Source of the DNA: Eutreptiella sp. 'Long Island Sound 2002'
Taxonomy: Eukaryota > Protista > Euglenida
DNA: 64,000 nucleotides
Direction of reading: 5' to 3'
NCBI GenBank assembly: GCA_964036045.1
Contig: OZ038378.1
Span: forward strand, 6,448,001 to 6,512,000
A program made the position numbers and the translations under genes. The notes under the pieces were generated by a model. It was given only the letters and a program-made list of their open reading frames with translations. It did not search any database and was not told where the DNA came from. This document shows, piece after piece, positions 10,849-22,900 of this stretch (position 1 is its first letter; every line of letters starts with the position of its first letter).

Positions 10849-13800
10849 CTGGTGTTACCGGGAACCCTTGCACTGCGCGCATTACTCTTAGACTAGATTC
10901 CCCTATGAAGAACCCACATACCGACCCCTTCCAAACACCCTCAAAATTAGGCCACCCTAGCTACCCAAATGCCTGTAAACTTAGGTCACCCAGACTACCC
11001 TAGCCCAGAGAAATGCAAGCTACCTTCCCTTTATATGAGACATCGTGCAAAATGCAGAAAGCTACGCACATATCCTCTTCTTTGTTCAAGTGAAAGCACA
11101 CTCACTCTACCAGCTAAGCCCAAAAGCGCGTATGTGTCCACCTCATCCTCAACTAGACCGGGGGGGCAAAGTTTCTTGTAGGAGGGAGGCAAAGTTTCTT
11201 GCAGGAGGGAATCCATGTCAACTTCTGTTTTCAACTTGTGGTACAACCACGCTTCCTCATCGGCAAGGATGCGGCCGCGCATAGGGCATTCAACTATGGT
11301 CAGGCAAAAACCAGGCAGTCCGTCACGTCAACTCGAGGGGCCAAGCCAAAGCGTGAGAGTCCATCACCCCAACTCAAGGGCCCACACCAAAGTGTGGGAG
11401 TCCATGGTGAAGATGAGCAAAAAAAACCGTGAAAAGAGCCGGAAATGGGTGAAAGTGGGTGAAAATCCAAAAATGCCGTATCCCCCATGTGGAAGCAGCA
11501 TCCAAACCTATGGTAGGGGCAACAATGATGCCCCTAGTGTCACAAAGTATGGGTCTCCAGTACAGCTAGATGCCCAAATAGTTGCACAGTGCCCGCACTG
11601 CGCGCGCACTGCGCTAAGGGCGCCCCCTTACAAACTAGTTCTGCCCCACAATTGATTCCCACCGCAGAGATGATGCATGAATGAAAAATGAAAACCTGCA
11701 AACTCTTGTACCACTTGCAACCGCACTTGCATTGTTGAAGCAAGCGGGAAACCCAAGCACAAAGCATGCTAAATTATTGCCAAAAGAACCCATGCTGTGC
11801 AAGCACACAGACAGAGAAATTGAATCCATAGAAATAACCCATCAGCACGTGCAATATTGTAAACATTCGGTCAAGTAGAGAAAAGGCTTGAGGGGTAAGA
11901 GCGAACCAAAACATAAAAAATTGTGCAGTCAGCAGCAAAGTCAATTGCCAAAGTGCTGAACATGCGACTCTCAAAATGTGACAAAGCTGATGTACAACCA
12001 ACAAATACCCAAAAATCAGCATAAAACGTCAATATGTGTAATAAGAAATAGTGTCACGGCTCATGCTCTGTTCACATCCTTGGGCCGTGGCTCTCATTCA
12101 AATTCCAGCACACCCCATTACCAGCTCCACCGGGTTGTGGGAGCTTACCCTGTGTGGCGTGTTGTGTGTGTCTTGCGTCATCTGTTGGAACTATTCCCCT
12201 CAAAAAAAATCTGTCACACGAATGCATCATTGAAGCGTCTTGAGATCATCAATTGGGATTCTTGGCTGAAGAGGCTTTGGTTGGACGGGGGGCTTGGCAT
12301 GACACCTGGTTGTGTTGTTGTCTGCAGCTGACGGCGCCTATTGGCCTCTCACCACTTACTGCGGCCCTTCCCTTGAGTCCTTTCCCTCCATAAGTGGTGC
12401 CTCCGGGCCACTCACCACCTTGTGCCTTCCCTCTCCCTGCCTGGCCTATCCTTACCTCCCTACTCCCCCTTCCTTTCCCTTGGTAGGTTGTGCCAACAGA
12501 GCCCCCAGACTGTCCCTGTTTCACTGCTCTGTGTTGGGGTCCACACTTTTTTTTACCTGTGTATCCAATCCCTCCTTACGCCTTCCTCATGCTCCCCTCC
12601 TGCCTCTTCCAAACTGTGGAGGGAAGGGCAGTGGGGAGTTGGAGAGGGGGTGGGAGGGATAATTAAAGCGGTTCAGCAGACCAGCGCCAGATGCAAACAA
12701 CACAGTTTTGGAGATGTAGGGTTAGGTGAATAATCTGACAACCTTTTTCAAAATCTCAGGCAACCTTGTACACATTTCCGGATTTCTGCTCAGAACCAAA
12801 CCATACGGCCATCCTTTGTCCTCATATCGCTGACCAGTATTGCCCAGCCGGAGACAGCAAATCCAAAAAACTGCCAACACACGCAACTTCACCTGAACCT
12901 TCGACGCTCCCAACTCCACCTGACACCAGCAGACAAATTAAGAAGACTTGGCTACAGTGAAACCTCCTAAGGCAGACACCCGTGTGAAGGAAAATCACGC
13001 TGCAAATGTTCTTGCGAGCTCAAAAATTTGAATGTCCTGTCAAATTTGGTGAGACATTCTGCGTCGGTTGGGCTTTGTTCATATTCTGGGGGCAGGAAAC
13101 ACAGCATATTCCTGAACAGCACAAAGCTGTCATCTTCACCACTGAATTCGCAATGGCCCTACTACTGACAAGTATTGGCACAAATGAACATTTGGGAACC
13201 ACCCACCAATACAAATTCCAATGCCCATGATCTGTTCAGAATTCGTTCGTGACCTGGGAAGGGTTGAAACAAAAACCAGGCCCCCCAAAAAATGTGTTGA
13301 AAATGGTGTCAACGAAATGCTGTTGAACTTCCACAACAATAAACCACATGAGTCAAGAAAAACGAAAAGCTTGAGGTGGGGTCATTTGATGCAAACAGCC
13401 CAGATGGCACTTTTGGTTTTCAAAATGACTGTGCCTGAAGAACTATCAAAAGCCCATCGTGCGAAATGTGGACTGTTGCTCGTGCTGGTGGTAAGGGTGA
13501 AGGTGGGGTTGCTTTTTGCGTTTGTGTCTTTGTGAATGGATGTGTCTGTGCAATTTACAACCTCAGAACAGCGATGCTCCATTCTGCTCAAAGTAGGTAT
13601 TCTGCACACCACAGGTACACCTCCCATGTTCAATTTGCTTCGGCAATCGGTTTCGGAATGGCAAAGAAGTAGAAGAAAGGAATGCTGCATTGCTGCATGT
13701 GCGTGCACACACAGGCTTACGGTGCGTGCACACACAGGCGTACGGGAATGCACAGGCATAACCATGGACATCCAGACCTCCCTACAACAATCGCACATCC

Positions 13801-14482
13801 ACTGAAATCCAACGACTACCAAACAACCGAACAATAAAACAGAAATTCTTAAAATTCTATCTGAAGCTGCAGGACATCACCAGCGTTGCGATTGCAGCTG
13901 TGCTCAGACAGAAAAAGTCAAGTGTGAATAGCCACCCTTCTTGCCAGCCCTTGTTGACCAACCTGCTTCAATTGGGATGTCACAGGATTGAAAATAGGTA
14001 AATACACTATCTGTCTGGGCATTCGCCACATGCGATGCCACCCTCGGTCATTCGTCGTCGTCGTCATCATCTCCCATGGGCTTCCGCGTTCTGGAAACCA
14101 GCACACAACAATGATGCCGGATAGCGAAGAAAAGAAAGTATTCGCATGCATGTGCTGCCCCCCCCCCCCCCTTAGGATTGCTGCGCGGTGAGCTGAGGGG
14201 CAAGAGAGCACGTCAGCAAGCGAGCCCCCCCCCCCCCCCCCAGTGGCTGCACCTGCGAAAACTTCTTGTATATTTACATTCCATACGAAAATGAACTGCC
14301 ATGCTGAGCTGCAAATCAGGTTTGCTGGGGCATTGCAGCCTCATCAAAACTGTGCTCACTGACTGACGAAACCCCTGCACCATTGGGCTGGCAGTGCGTG
14401 CTGTCTACGGGAAACACAAATACCATGGCGGATGAAAAATTAATAAAATATTCTGAATGTACAGAAATGAGACCATGCGATA

Positions 14483-15182
14483 CAGGGGGGGGGGGGGGGA
14501 GTTCGCCCGGGGACAATTTCGCAGGGGATAATTTCGCCAGGGGAAATTTTCGCCACCCTTGAAATCCCCAAAGCCCCAAGCAAGCATGTGTCTCGCAAAA
14601 TATCTCTCAATTTTCGAAAAAAAAAATTTGTCTCTCGGTAGGTGTCAGATGTGGTCATTACTCCAGTGGTACGTGCACTTTATTCTGATTGCACAGGCAT
14701 TGGTTCAAATCCCGGTGACGCAATGTTTTTCATCTGTCCAGCACTTGTGAATCTGATGAGATTGGTTTTTCATGCACAAACAAACCCTGCCTGAAGCAGT
14801 CTCCAATGGTCACAAAACAACAACACATGCACTACACAGAGGGTCCAAAACTGCAACAGGCTGGCACAACATGGTCCCAGAATTGTGTTTTCCAAGAGGA
14901 GCCAGGCGCGCCTACGAACACGCCTGAGCCAACCGTTTCTTGCGCAGCTTCATGAAATCTGATGCAGATGATCCAGTAACTGGTGCAGAAGGTGCAGGCT
15001 TCTTTTTCAAGGCATCAACAGGCACAGGCGCGTTCGTAATCGCGCCTGGCCCTGCTCAGGAAACACGATGCCTGCAGCTGTGGTGAGGGATGGAACTGTT
15101 ACGCCAAAATTTCGCCAGGGGAAAATTTCGCCACCTTTCTTAACGGCGAAATTCTCCCCTGGCGAAATTCCCCCCCCCCCTG
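14483..15182. mobile_element. Tc1/mariner-like MITE, ~700 bp, TA target duplication
   Basis: TA|CAG(G)n-AGTTCGCCCGGGGACAATTTCGC at the left end and the reverse complement CAG(G)n-AATTTCGCCAGGGGAGAATTTCGCC|TA at the right end; TA at 14481-14482 and 15183-15184; repeated AATTTCGCC subterminal motifs; no ORF. Confidence 0.7.
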
Positions 15183-15907
15183 TACGGCAATTTTCTTCTC
15201 AGCAGTACTGATTACTCAATGGAAACAGGGCATGGTCCTCCTGCTAAAGAACTACAAGACCCTTTTGAAGAACATGAATCCTAAAAGTGCAGAAAATCAA
15301 CAAAATTGGAAGATCAGTGGGCAGGTGAGTAAGGAAAGGAGGAAACCCAAGGAGGCTGCTTTCAAGACAACGGCACCACCTCTCACACAGGAAAAAGGCG
15401 GGGGACCACATGGGCACAAATTCGAATGCCAACGGATGACACGTTCTCGAGAAATTGCATGGAGCATTATCCTGCAACTGGGGAAGAGGTTTCTTTTTTC
15501 ATAGTTTTTCTTGAAGACGCAAAGATGCCCTGTTTGCCCCCTTTCCCCCAACCCTTGTTGTCACATGACACTTCTTGGTCAACTGTCAGAGAAAATCGCC
15601 ACTGACTGAGATGAACACAAACCAGGGTCCAGCCAGAGAAAATAGAAATGCAGGAAATCATCAAGCCTGGTCAATGTAGAATCTTACAGCAGATTTTCAG
15701 GCTCGCTCAGTGTGGTATGAAGCTAAAGACTCAGGCTCAGATCAGGTGCGCTGTGGGCGGACGGGGCCATGAGGACCAGTGCTTGCACCCGAGGGGGATT
15801 CCGAGGCCCCAGGTTCTCGACAACCCCATGGTGACGTCTCTAATTCACATGGTGAAAATTCTAACCCTCACTGTCTGTCCACAAGTATCATAGCACTGCC
15901 AACATAC

Positions 15908-16102
15908 TTTTTCGCTTCTCTGCCTCTCCGATCAAGTTTCATTTCGACTTTGCTTCTTGGTGGCGGTGCCGGTTTCTTCTTTTTGGGGGGCTCATCTTCA
16001 GCATCACTACCTCTACCTCGACCCTTCCCACTTGGCTTTTGAGCGGGCTCTGGTAGTGGGGGAGGAGCTGTCGGTGGCGGTGGCGGAAATTCCAGTGGAG
16101 GT
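15908..16102 (-). CDS. Internal Pro/Lys-rich coding exon (extra 3' exon of the RRM-LRR gene, or a separate gene)
   Basis: tttttatgcAG|A CCT CCA CTG...GCG AAA AA|GTATGT; 195 nt, phase 2 to 2, compatible with exon 18613-18444. Encodes PPLEFPPPPPTAPPPLPEPAQKPSGKGRGRGSDAEDEPPKKKKP. Confidence 0.6.
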
Positions 16103-18156
16103 CTGCATAAAAATGGCCACAGTGAGGGTTGGCACTCAGAGGCCACGAATCAAAATTCTATTGCCTTCGGCAAGGCGCGTCGAAGAATAGAGGGAGGGAG
16201 TCAGCACCTTCTTGGCACAACAAATAACAATTAGCCCCCATCTTAAGGTGGCAAGTCAAGGACACCTGTCTGCTTCCATCATTGTTGGTGGTCTGAATTT
16301 ACAAAAATTCGATTATAAAGCTGTCAAGGCTGAAAATTGCTGAAGCAGCTTTTGCACCAGTCCCTTGGGACCCCCTCAACTCACAAGCATTGGGAATATC
16401 GTGCAAAACACACAAAGAGCGCCATCTGTCCTTTTGTGGCCATGCATCTATGTACAGGGGCTGGGGAGGGCAAATCGGTCCAAACACCCACTCCTTCACA
16501 GCTGTCCCTGCCCTTTGTGTATGACAATGCAGAGGAATGGGTTCAGGTCAACTGTGTCTCCTCCTCCGCCCACTCTCCCACCCGCCCTGTTTGGAGCCTG
16601 CAAGGGAGGAAAACATCAGTTGCATACAGAGAAACGCATAAATTGTGTGCTTTTCTTTGTTCTGCAAAATCGCGTATGGCAGATTTTGGGCCATCTGGTG
16701 GGGGGGGGGGGGGCTATCGATGAGTTTTTTGCTCAAACTTGGGATTTTGTAAAGCCACAATTGGATGGTCTGCGGCTAGCAATGTGCCTGCTAATCCTTG
16801 TAATTGACAGCATGGATTGGTGGAGTATGCTCACTCACACAAGAGGGGAGGAGGGTGTGGAAACATATGGGAGTGCTTCCTGTGCGCCATAGGTCGCCGC
16901 AGGAGCTTACAGGGTAGGGGTAATTAGCTTCAATGGGCAATGTCCACGAAATATTCAGCGGAACCAAAAACTTCTGTGCAGGTGCATCCAATGGAGTTGC
17001 AGGATACGCTCCGGGTTGTGGCACGTGGCCCAGGTTACAACTGGGCAAACGGATGCTTTCCATGGTCATCATTGTACTTAGTTTGCCATGGTGGGTGATC
17101 CGGGTTCTTTGGCTTTCGATATGGTCTTACACCATGCTTTCTTCCCGGAAAACCCATCAAATAGGATCGCCTCCCCGTTCTTGAGGTCTTTGAGCTGTGG
17201 CCCAGATTCTTTTAAGATCCGAGTGTCGCTTTGCACGCTGCAGGCAAGCCCACAACCCCTGCTGTGTCGGGGGTCCCCAAAGTGGGGGGGGGGGCTCAAA
17301 GGGGATACATGGCCCATTCCATGTTGGGGACGGGCAACAAATGCACCATTTGTCAAGGGAAGAGGCCCGAAAGGGGGGAAATGTAATAAATCAAGGGGGG
17401 GAATGGTGTTTAGGGGTGGATGTTCTGGAAAAAATGCCACTGTGTACACACCACCGTACTCTGCTGTATTTCCTTTGCGCTGGGATTATTACCCAAATTA
17501 CGCGTGGCAGGTGCCGCAGGAAAGCACGTCTATGGTGCTTTTAGGGGGTTTTGAACCATCCACCAACAAGGGTTTTTGGGTGGCAGCCATTCTTGAGAAA
17601 AATTGTTGTAATACCAAAGGGATTTTGGACCCGCCCACCCCTAATTTGCATGTGGAGAATCTATAAAAAGAGGTTTCAGAGCAGATTAAAACATTTGTAG
17701 GTGGGGTGAGGGGTCCATTTTGGACTTTTCTGGGCTCCCGGATGGGGTGGGTTCCGAAGGTACCATGATATGGCCTCCAAAGCCAAACTGGGTAAAAATG
17801 GGTTCCCTTTTAGGGATAACCTTGCAACATTCCAGAGGTGGGCACCTTCGGGTTCTGGCCAGGGTCAACTTACTGGCTGCTCTGGGGTGGGGGAACACTC
17901 TGGACATCCTCTCCAGCATATGGTTTCATTGAGGGCCAATTCCACCCCTTTCAAACTTGGCTCAAACCACGATATGCTGAGTAGTGGCCCTGGCGAGGTT
18001 CGATTCCTACAGATCTGCTGCATAGCAGAGCGAACCCTCATCCCAAAAACACCCAGAAATACTTTTTGCGCTTGCATGACACTTGACTCACCATTCGCCA
18101 GCTATTGGCCACTTTTGTGGCATCTGGTTAAGAGCATTTCTCTGCTGGATGGACTT

Positions 18157-18331
18157 GCCAAAAGCAACAGAATTTCCCCAACTTTCCACAGTTTAACCTG
18201 TTCCTGACTCAATGCGAAAATTTGCAACTGTTTCACCAACATCGCCAAAAGCAACAGAATTTCCCCAACTTTCCACAGTTTAACCTGTTCCTGACTCAAT
18301 GCGAAAATTTGCAACTGTTTCACCAACATCG
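18157..18331. repeat. 87-bp perfect tandem duplication
   Basis: gccaaaagcaacag... starts at 18157 and 18244. Confidence 0.95.
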
Positions 18332-18443
18332 AAAGCAAATCTTACAAAACAACACGATACACAGTAGACATGCTGCCACCATAAAAGAGGAGTCCATACA
18401 TTGTTACATGAGCCATGCCAACCCCAAAGACATGTTTGCACAC

Positions 18444-18613
18444 CTGCCGCTGCTCCCAGAATCTCGACGAGCAGCAGTGCGGTTTGATGATCCTCCAGAA
18501 TGCCCATCCCCGGGGGGGCCATCTGGAGGAGGGGGGCGCCAATCACGACGAGACCCACGCGGGGGCATGTCCTGGCGCGAACGCCGATCATTGCGGTGGT
18601 CGGCAGGTTGGTC
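18444..18613 (-). CDS. Internal Arg/Pro/Gly-rich coding exon (extra 3' exon of the RRM-LRR gene, or a separate gene)
   Basis: gtctcAG|GAC CAA...GGC AG|GTGTGC; 170 nt, phase 0 to 2. Encodes DQPADHRNDRRSRQDMPPRGSRRDWRPPPPDGPPGDG. Confidence 0.55.
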
Positions 18614-19908
18614 CTGAGACATACCACAGATGACGCAGTGATAGCTGGCCACAGAACAGCCCCCCCATCACCCATCTCTTGAAGGGGCGGCTCATAGCCG
18701 TGAAGGGGCTGATGATGGTAAGGCCTCCATGTATGGGCAGGAAAGCATCCCGAGAGAGCAGGGGGTGGCAGATTATAGCTTCCCATTCCTTCTTCCCCAC
18801 CGCATGTGCACAGCCAGCAGGCCACAGGAGAGTCCCGTCCAACAAACTCGGCCAGATGGGTAATCGCAGAAATACTGACTGTCCATAGGGAGTGAAGGCA
18901 GGGCAGGTGGTAACGGAAGCGACACAGGGAGACGCAGTAAGCCCATAACGCAGTCATTCACATTGCTGCTCTGCGGCTCATGGACGACAGGGCACGACGT
19001 GCAGCACGGGATGGAGCACCCTGAACTTTATGGCTCACCCTTTCCCTTCGTCCTGGGGAGCTTCCAGCAGTCAAGACAAGTCATTCACTGCATGCATGAA
19101 TGCATGTGTGTGTGGTTGAAGCCCCCAATATGCACATTCCGAATCCAATCGTTTGCAGCTGCGAGGAGCATGGGTCCATTGAGCAGCCCTCTGGGCTGTG
19201 AGGCCCAAAGGGCTGAACCAGAAATGCCGGACTCTGACACCCTCTCCAAAAATGGATGGCCACTAAAATTCGGGATGTCTCTTTCGCAGCGACGAATTGC
19301 AGCGACAGAACGAGAGAGCGGGCAAGAGCTAGAGAGGGGGGGGGGGGGGGTTGGCACAAGGCCTCGGTATCAGATTGTTTGCCTTTAGCGGCGCCTATTG
19401 GCCTCTCGCCACTGCTCTTTCTGACCCTCTGTGGGCCCGAACGTGGCTGCGGCGGGGGGGGGGGGGGGCGGGGGGCATGGGAGGGTTGGTTGCTGTTCAA
19501 ATCATTCAACGCAAAACGAACATCGTTGTCTTGTGCTTTCTGCCACCCTCATCAATTGCCAGTCAGGGTCAGACCCTGTTCAGTGTCACTTCGAAACCAC
19601 CGAAGCCGACGTGATACACAGAGACTGGCCGATAGTCCCTGATTTATCTAACTTGGCAACGATTGTGTGGCCAGAGGATGGGGCCAGCGCATGGTGCATG
19701 AGCAGGTACCACGATCAACTGAGGCCTTGCAGATCATCACCATTGGACCACTGCTCACACTAAAAATTAATTTTTCTGGCAATGGACAGAGTCCCTGAGT
19801 CTTGAGTTTTGAATACTCTGTTCCTGTTGTCCACGTTGCTCTTCAGAGCTGAAGTGTTGTGCCATTTTTGCGGTTGACGAGCCTGGACACGGCGGAATCT
19901 AGCTGCTG

Positions 19909-22900
19909 TTAGTCTGTATCAGCATTTGGCCTCCGCTTAAGATCGTCGTCCTTAGGGTAATCCTGAGGGCAATCAGCTAAAAAAAAAACAACAGAAGCCA
20001 GAGAAGCAAGCCTTTTGTTGCATGAAAGGGGGTGGGTTTGGCACAAGGCCTCGGTATCTGAGGGGGGGGAGGCAGACCTCGTCACGATGCTTCTGGCGCT
20101 TACCATGTCCGGCCGCCTTGTTGGGACGCTCTGCAGAAGACGAATCACCTCTTTCTGCAGAACCCTCATCCTCGGATGCGTCTCGCTTCCTTTTCGTCTT
20201 TGGAGCAGCACGCTTTGCAGGCCGCTCTGGCGAGTGCTCACTAGAACGTTGTGGAGAGGGCTCCGGGGACCGATCTTCTGACCTCTCTTGAGATGACTCA
20301 CGAGAGCGATTGGACCGATCGTTGGGGGAAGCGTTGCGGGATGAGGCAGGGGACTGATTGCGATGGGCCGGAGAGTAATCAGGAGAATCCTCGGGCTCTG
20401 AGCCATTCACCTGGAAGGCAAGGAGGCAAGTCTACTTGTGGATTAAAAACGGGCACGGGCCATTGTAGCAAGCACCGAAAAACGTTCCAAACACCACGTC
20501 CCCTTGACGACCATATTCTCAGTCATCCACAACAGTAACCACGATGTTGAGGCGCATTGTCCGTTGGTCACCCCATAGGTCTCCACGCACGTGAGGGCTG
20601 GCCTAATATGCGATCTCATACGTATTTGCCGATACAAATTAGATCCGCATCATAATAAACATACTAGATCTAACACATGTATTAGACAGGTAAACGGACC
20701 TATTCCACCCTTCTTGGGGGGGGGGGGGGCTTTAATATTGCCTGTTCGTGTCTGCAACATGTGCACAGTGTCTACAGACTGCACACAGGTAAACGTATTA
20801 GGCCAGCTCTGCCATACGTCGCCAGTTTGCCCTGGATTTTGCGCCGCAGGTAGGTCGTCCGGTGCGTCACACCCTAAACCACCATGTAACTCTCCCCGGG
20901 GGTTGCCCCATACTCGTAGGTTGCCTGGTGATTCGACCCAAACCTCAAACGCGCAATCTACTTCAAACCCAATTAACCCCCATTGATACTTACGTGCTGG
21001 AAATGTGTCCTCCATCAGCACAACCAATTCAACAATCTTTACTAGACTCGGTAGTTACAAATGTCAGATGCCAAGCACAAGCTTATGATGCACCACGCTG
21101 ATCCTGCAAGTTCCAAAAAAAAGAAAAATTCAGTGAAAGACAACCCACAAAGCATAGGCACTGCAATGCTCTATACTAATGTTGGTTGCTGAAGTACTCA
21201 TAAGCAGGGTGCACAATCACAAAACAACCTGGTCCTGGGGATCGGAAACCCCATCCTTGGATACACCTGCAACCCAATCCTTAGGGGACAGCTTGATCCA
21301 CTCAATGACTTGTGCATCCAGAACCTGAGAGCAGGGAAATGTGCAGAGCACCAACGTCTCCATCTTCCTGATGATCCTGAGGCCATCCTTATTGGGAAAC
21401 AACAATCCATCTGAAGGGGCGGCCAGCCTTGGGAAAAAAGCGGATAGATCCCCTTGGCAGGGTCTGCCCACCGTTTCTTTCGTTGGTTTCAATGGGGAAA
21501 AAAAAAAACATTAAATCCCAGAAATTCCTGACACAGCCGGCTAACGTTCCCAACAACATTCCCGAGGAAAAATGGGAAAATAGGGAAAATGGTGAAAAAT
21601 GGGGGGAATGGGGGAAAAGGGGGGAAAATTGGGGGAAGGTATTGGGAAAATGGGGGGGAATGGGAAAACATGTGGAGACTAGGGAAAAATTGGAGAGCCC
21701 GCCAGCCCATACCCAACCCCTCTGTGGGTCGCGGGCAACCTTCAGCGGAATGTAACGCACCCCTTTGCATGGGTGCACATGGTCCATGGGGGAAAAGAGG
21801 CAACACTGTGAAAGGGGCCCCATGGACTGCATGCAAACCCTTCATCTCCCCCCCCCCATGTATCCCCAACTTCTGCCGTATTCTTCTCCACTTTCCCCCA
21901 TTTTTCCTCTGGCCATCACCCAATATCTCTCGGGGACATTCAGAATATGCCAACGCGGAGCAAATTCGTGTATTTTCAGGGTTTTCTCCATTTTTCGTCC
22001 AGAGCACCAAAATTTCATTCCGTAGGGGGGGGTATGTGTGTACTTTTTGAAATCTGTGAGAAAAGGCCATTTCAGAAATGCATGGGTTAGGGGGGGGTAG
22101 CTGACGATATTTTTGAGCATCGAGGCCAAACTTTTCGGTGTTTGCACGATTTTCGACCCCAGGTTGCTGCAAAGTCGGCACGCAAACATGCACTGAATGT
22201 TTCACACTTGCTTATTCCGAATCGTCATTTTCAGGCAGGGCTGGGACCCCATTTGGGCAGACATCACCATGCTTATTGTTAGGAACATATTTTTTCAGCT
22301 TTTGCCAATCCTGCAACCTGCGGCTCTTTACCGGTACCCACCCTGAATTCAGAGGCATTGCCCAGAGACCATCTGTTGTGAGGTCAACATTCCGTTGCTT
22401 GGTCAGGGGGGTGGCAACGGCCGCGGCTGCTTTGGCTTTGGCCACAGACTCCACAACGATGCGACTGATTTTGAAATAGTGGAGGAACTGGGACTTACAA
22501 ATTTGTCGCCGCGACCCACGGTACGGTACAAAATACGTTGTCTGGTGCCCCCTCTTCCTGGTGTACTTCTGGCGACCTGCATGTTTCACATTTTGCTCCA
22601 AATTGACGTCGATGCAGGTAGCCAGAAATTCTTGTTGCGAAGCCTTGGTGGGGTGAATCTTTTTATCCCAAAACTGGGCTGCAAAAGCCGCGGCCTCAGT
22701 AGTGGATAAAATGTCGTGCTCTGTGTGGGCGCATGCAGGCTGCTGTGACCCACCTGTACGAGGCTTTTTGGCGCGCGAGTCAGGCCGCCGCGTCACCTGC
22801 ACCCAATTTTCACCCCCAGATCGCGCTCTTTTTCGCACCAAAGGTTGCAGTGGCGCATCAGGGGAAGCAACAGCACGTTGTGTGAATTTGTATGACGACA

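Noticed and set aside
11031-11282. Coding-looking 83-aa ORF
   Set aside because: Flanked by in-frame stops and repeat-family sequence; no motif I can name.
14653-14720. tRNA gene
   Set aside because: A- and B-box-like motifs are present but the T-stem and anticodon arm do not pair; at most a SINE or tRNA remnant.
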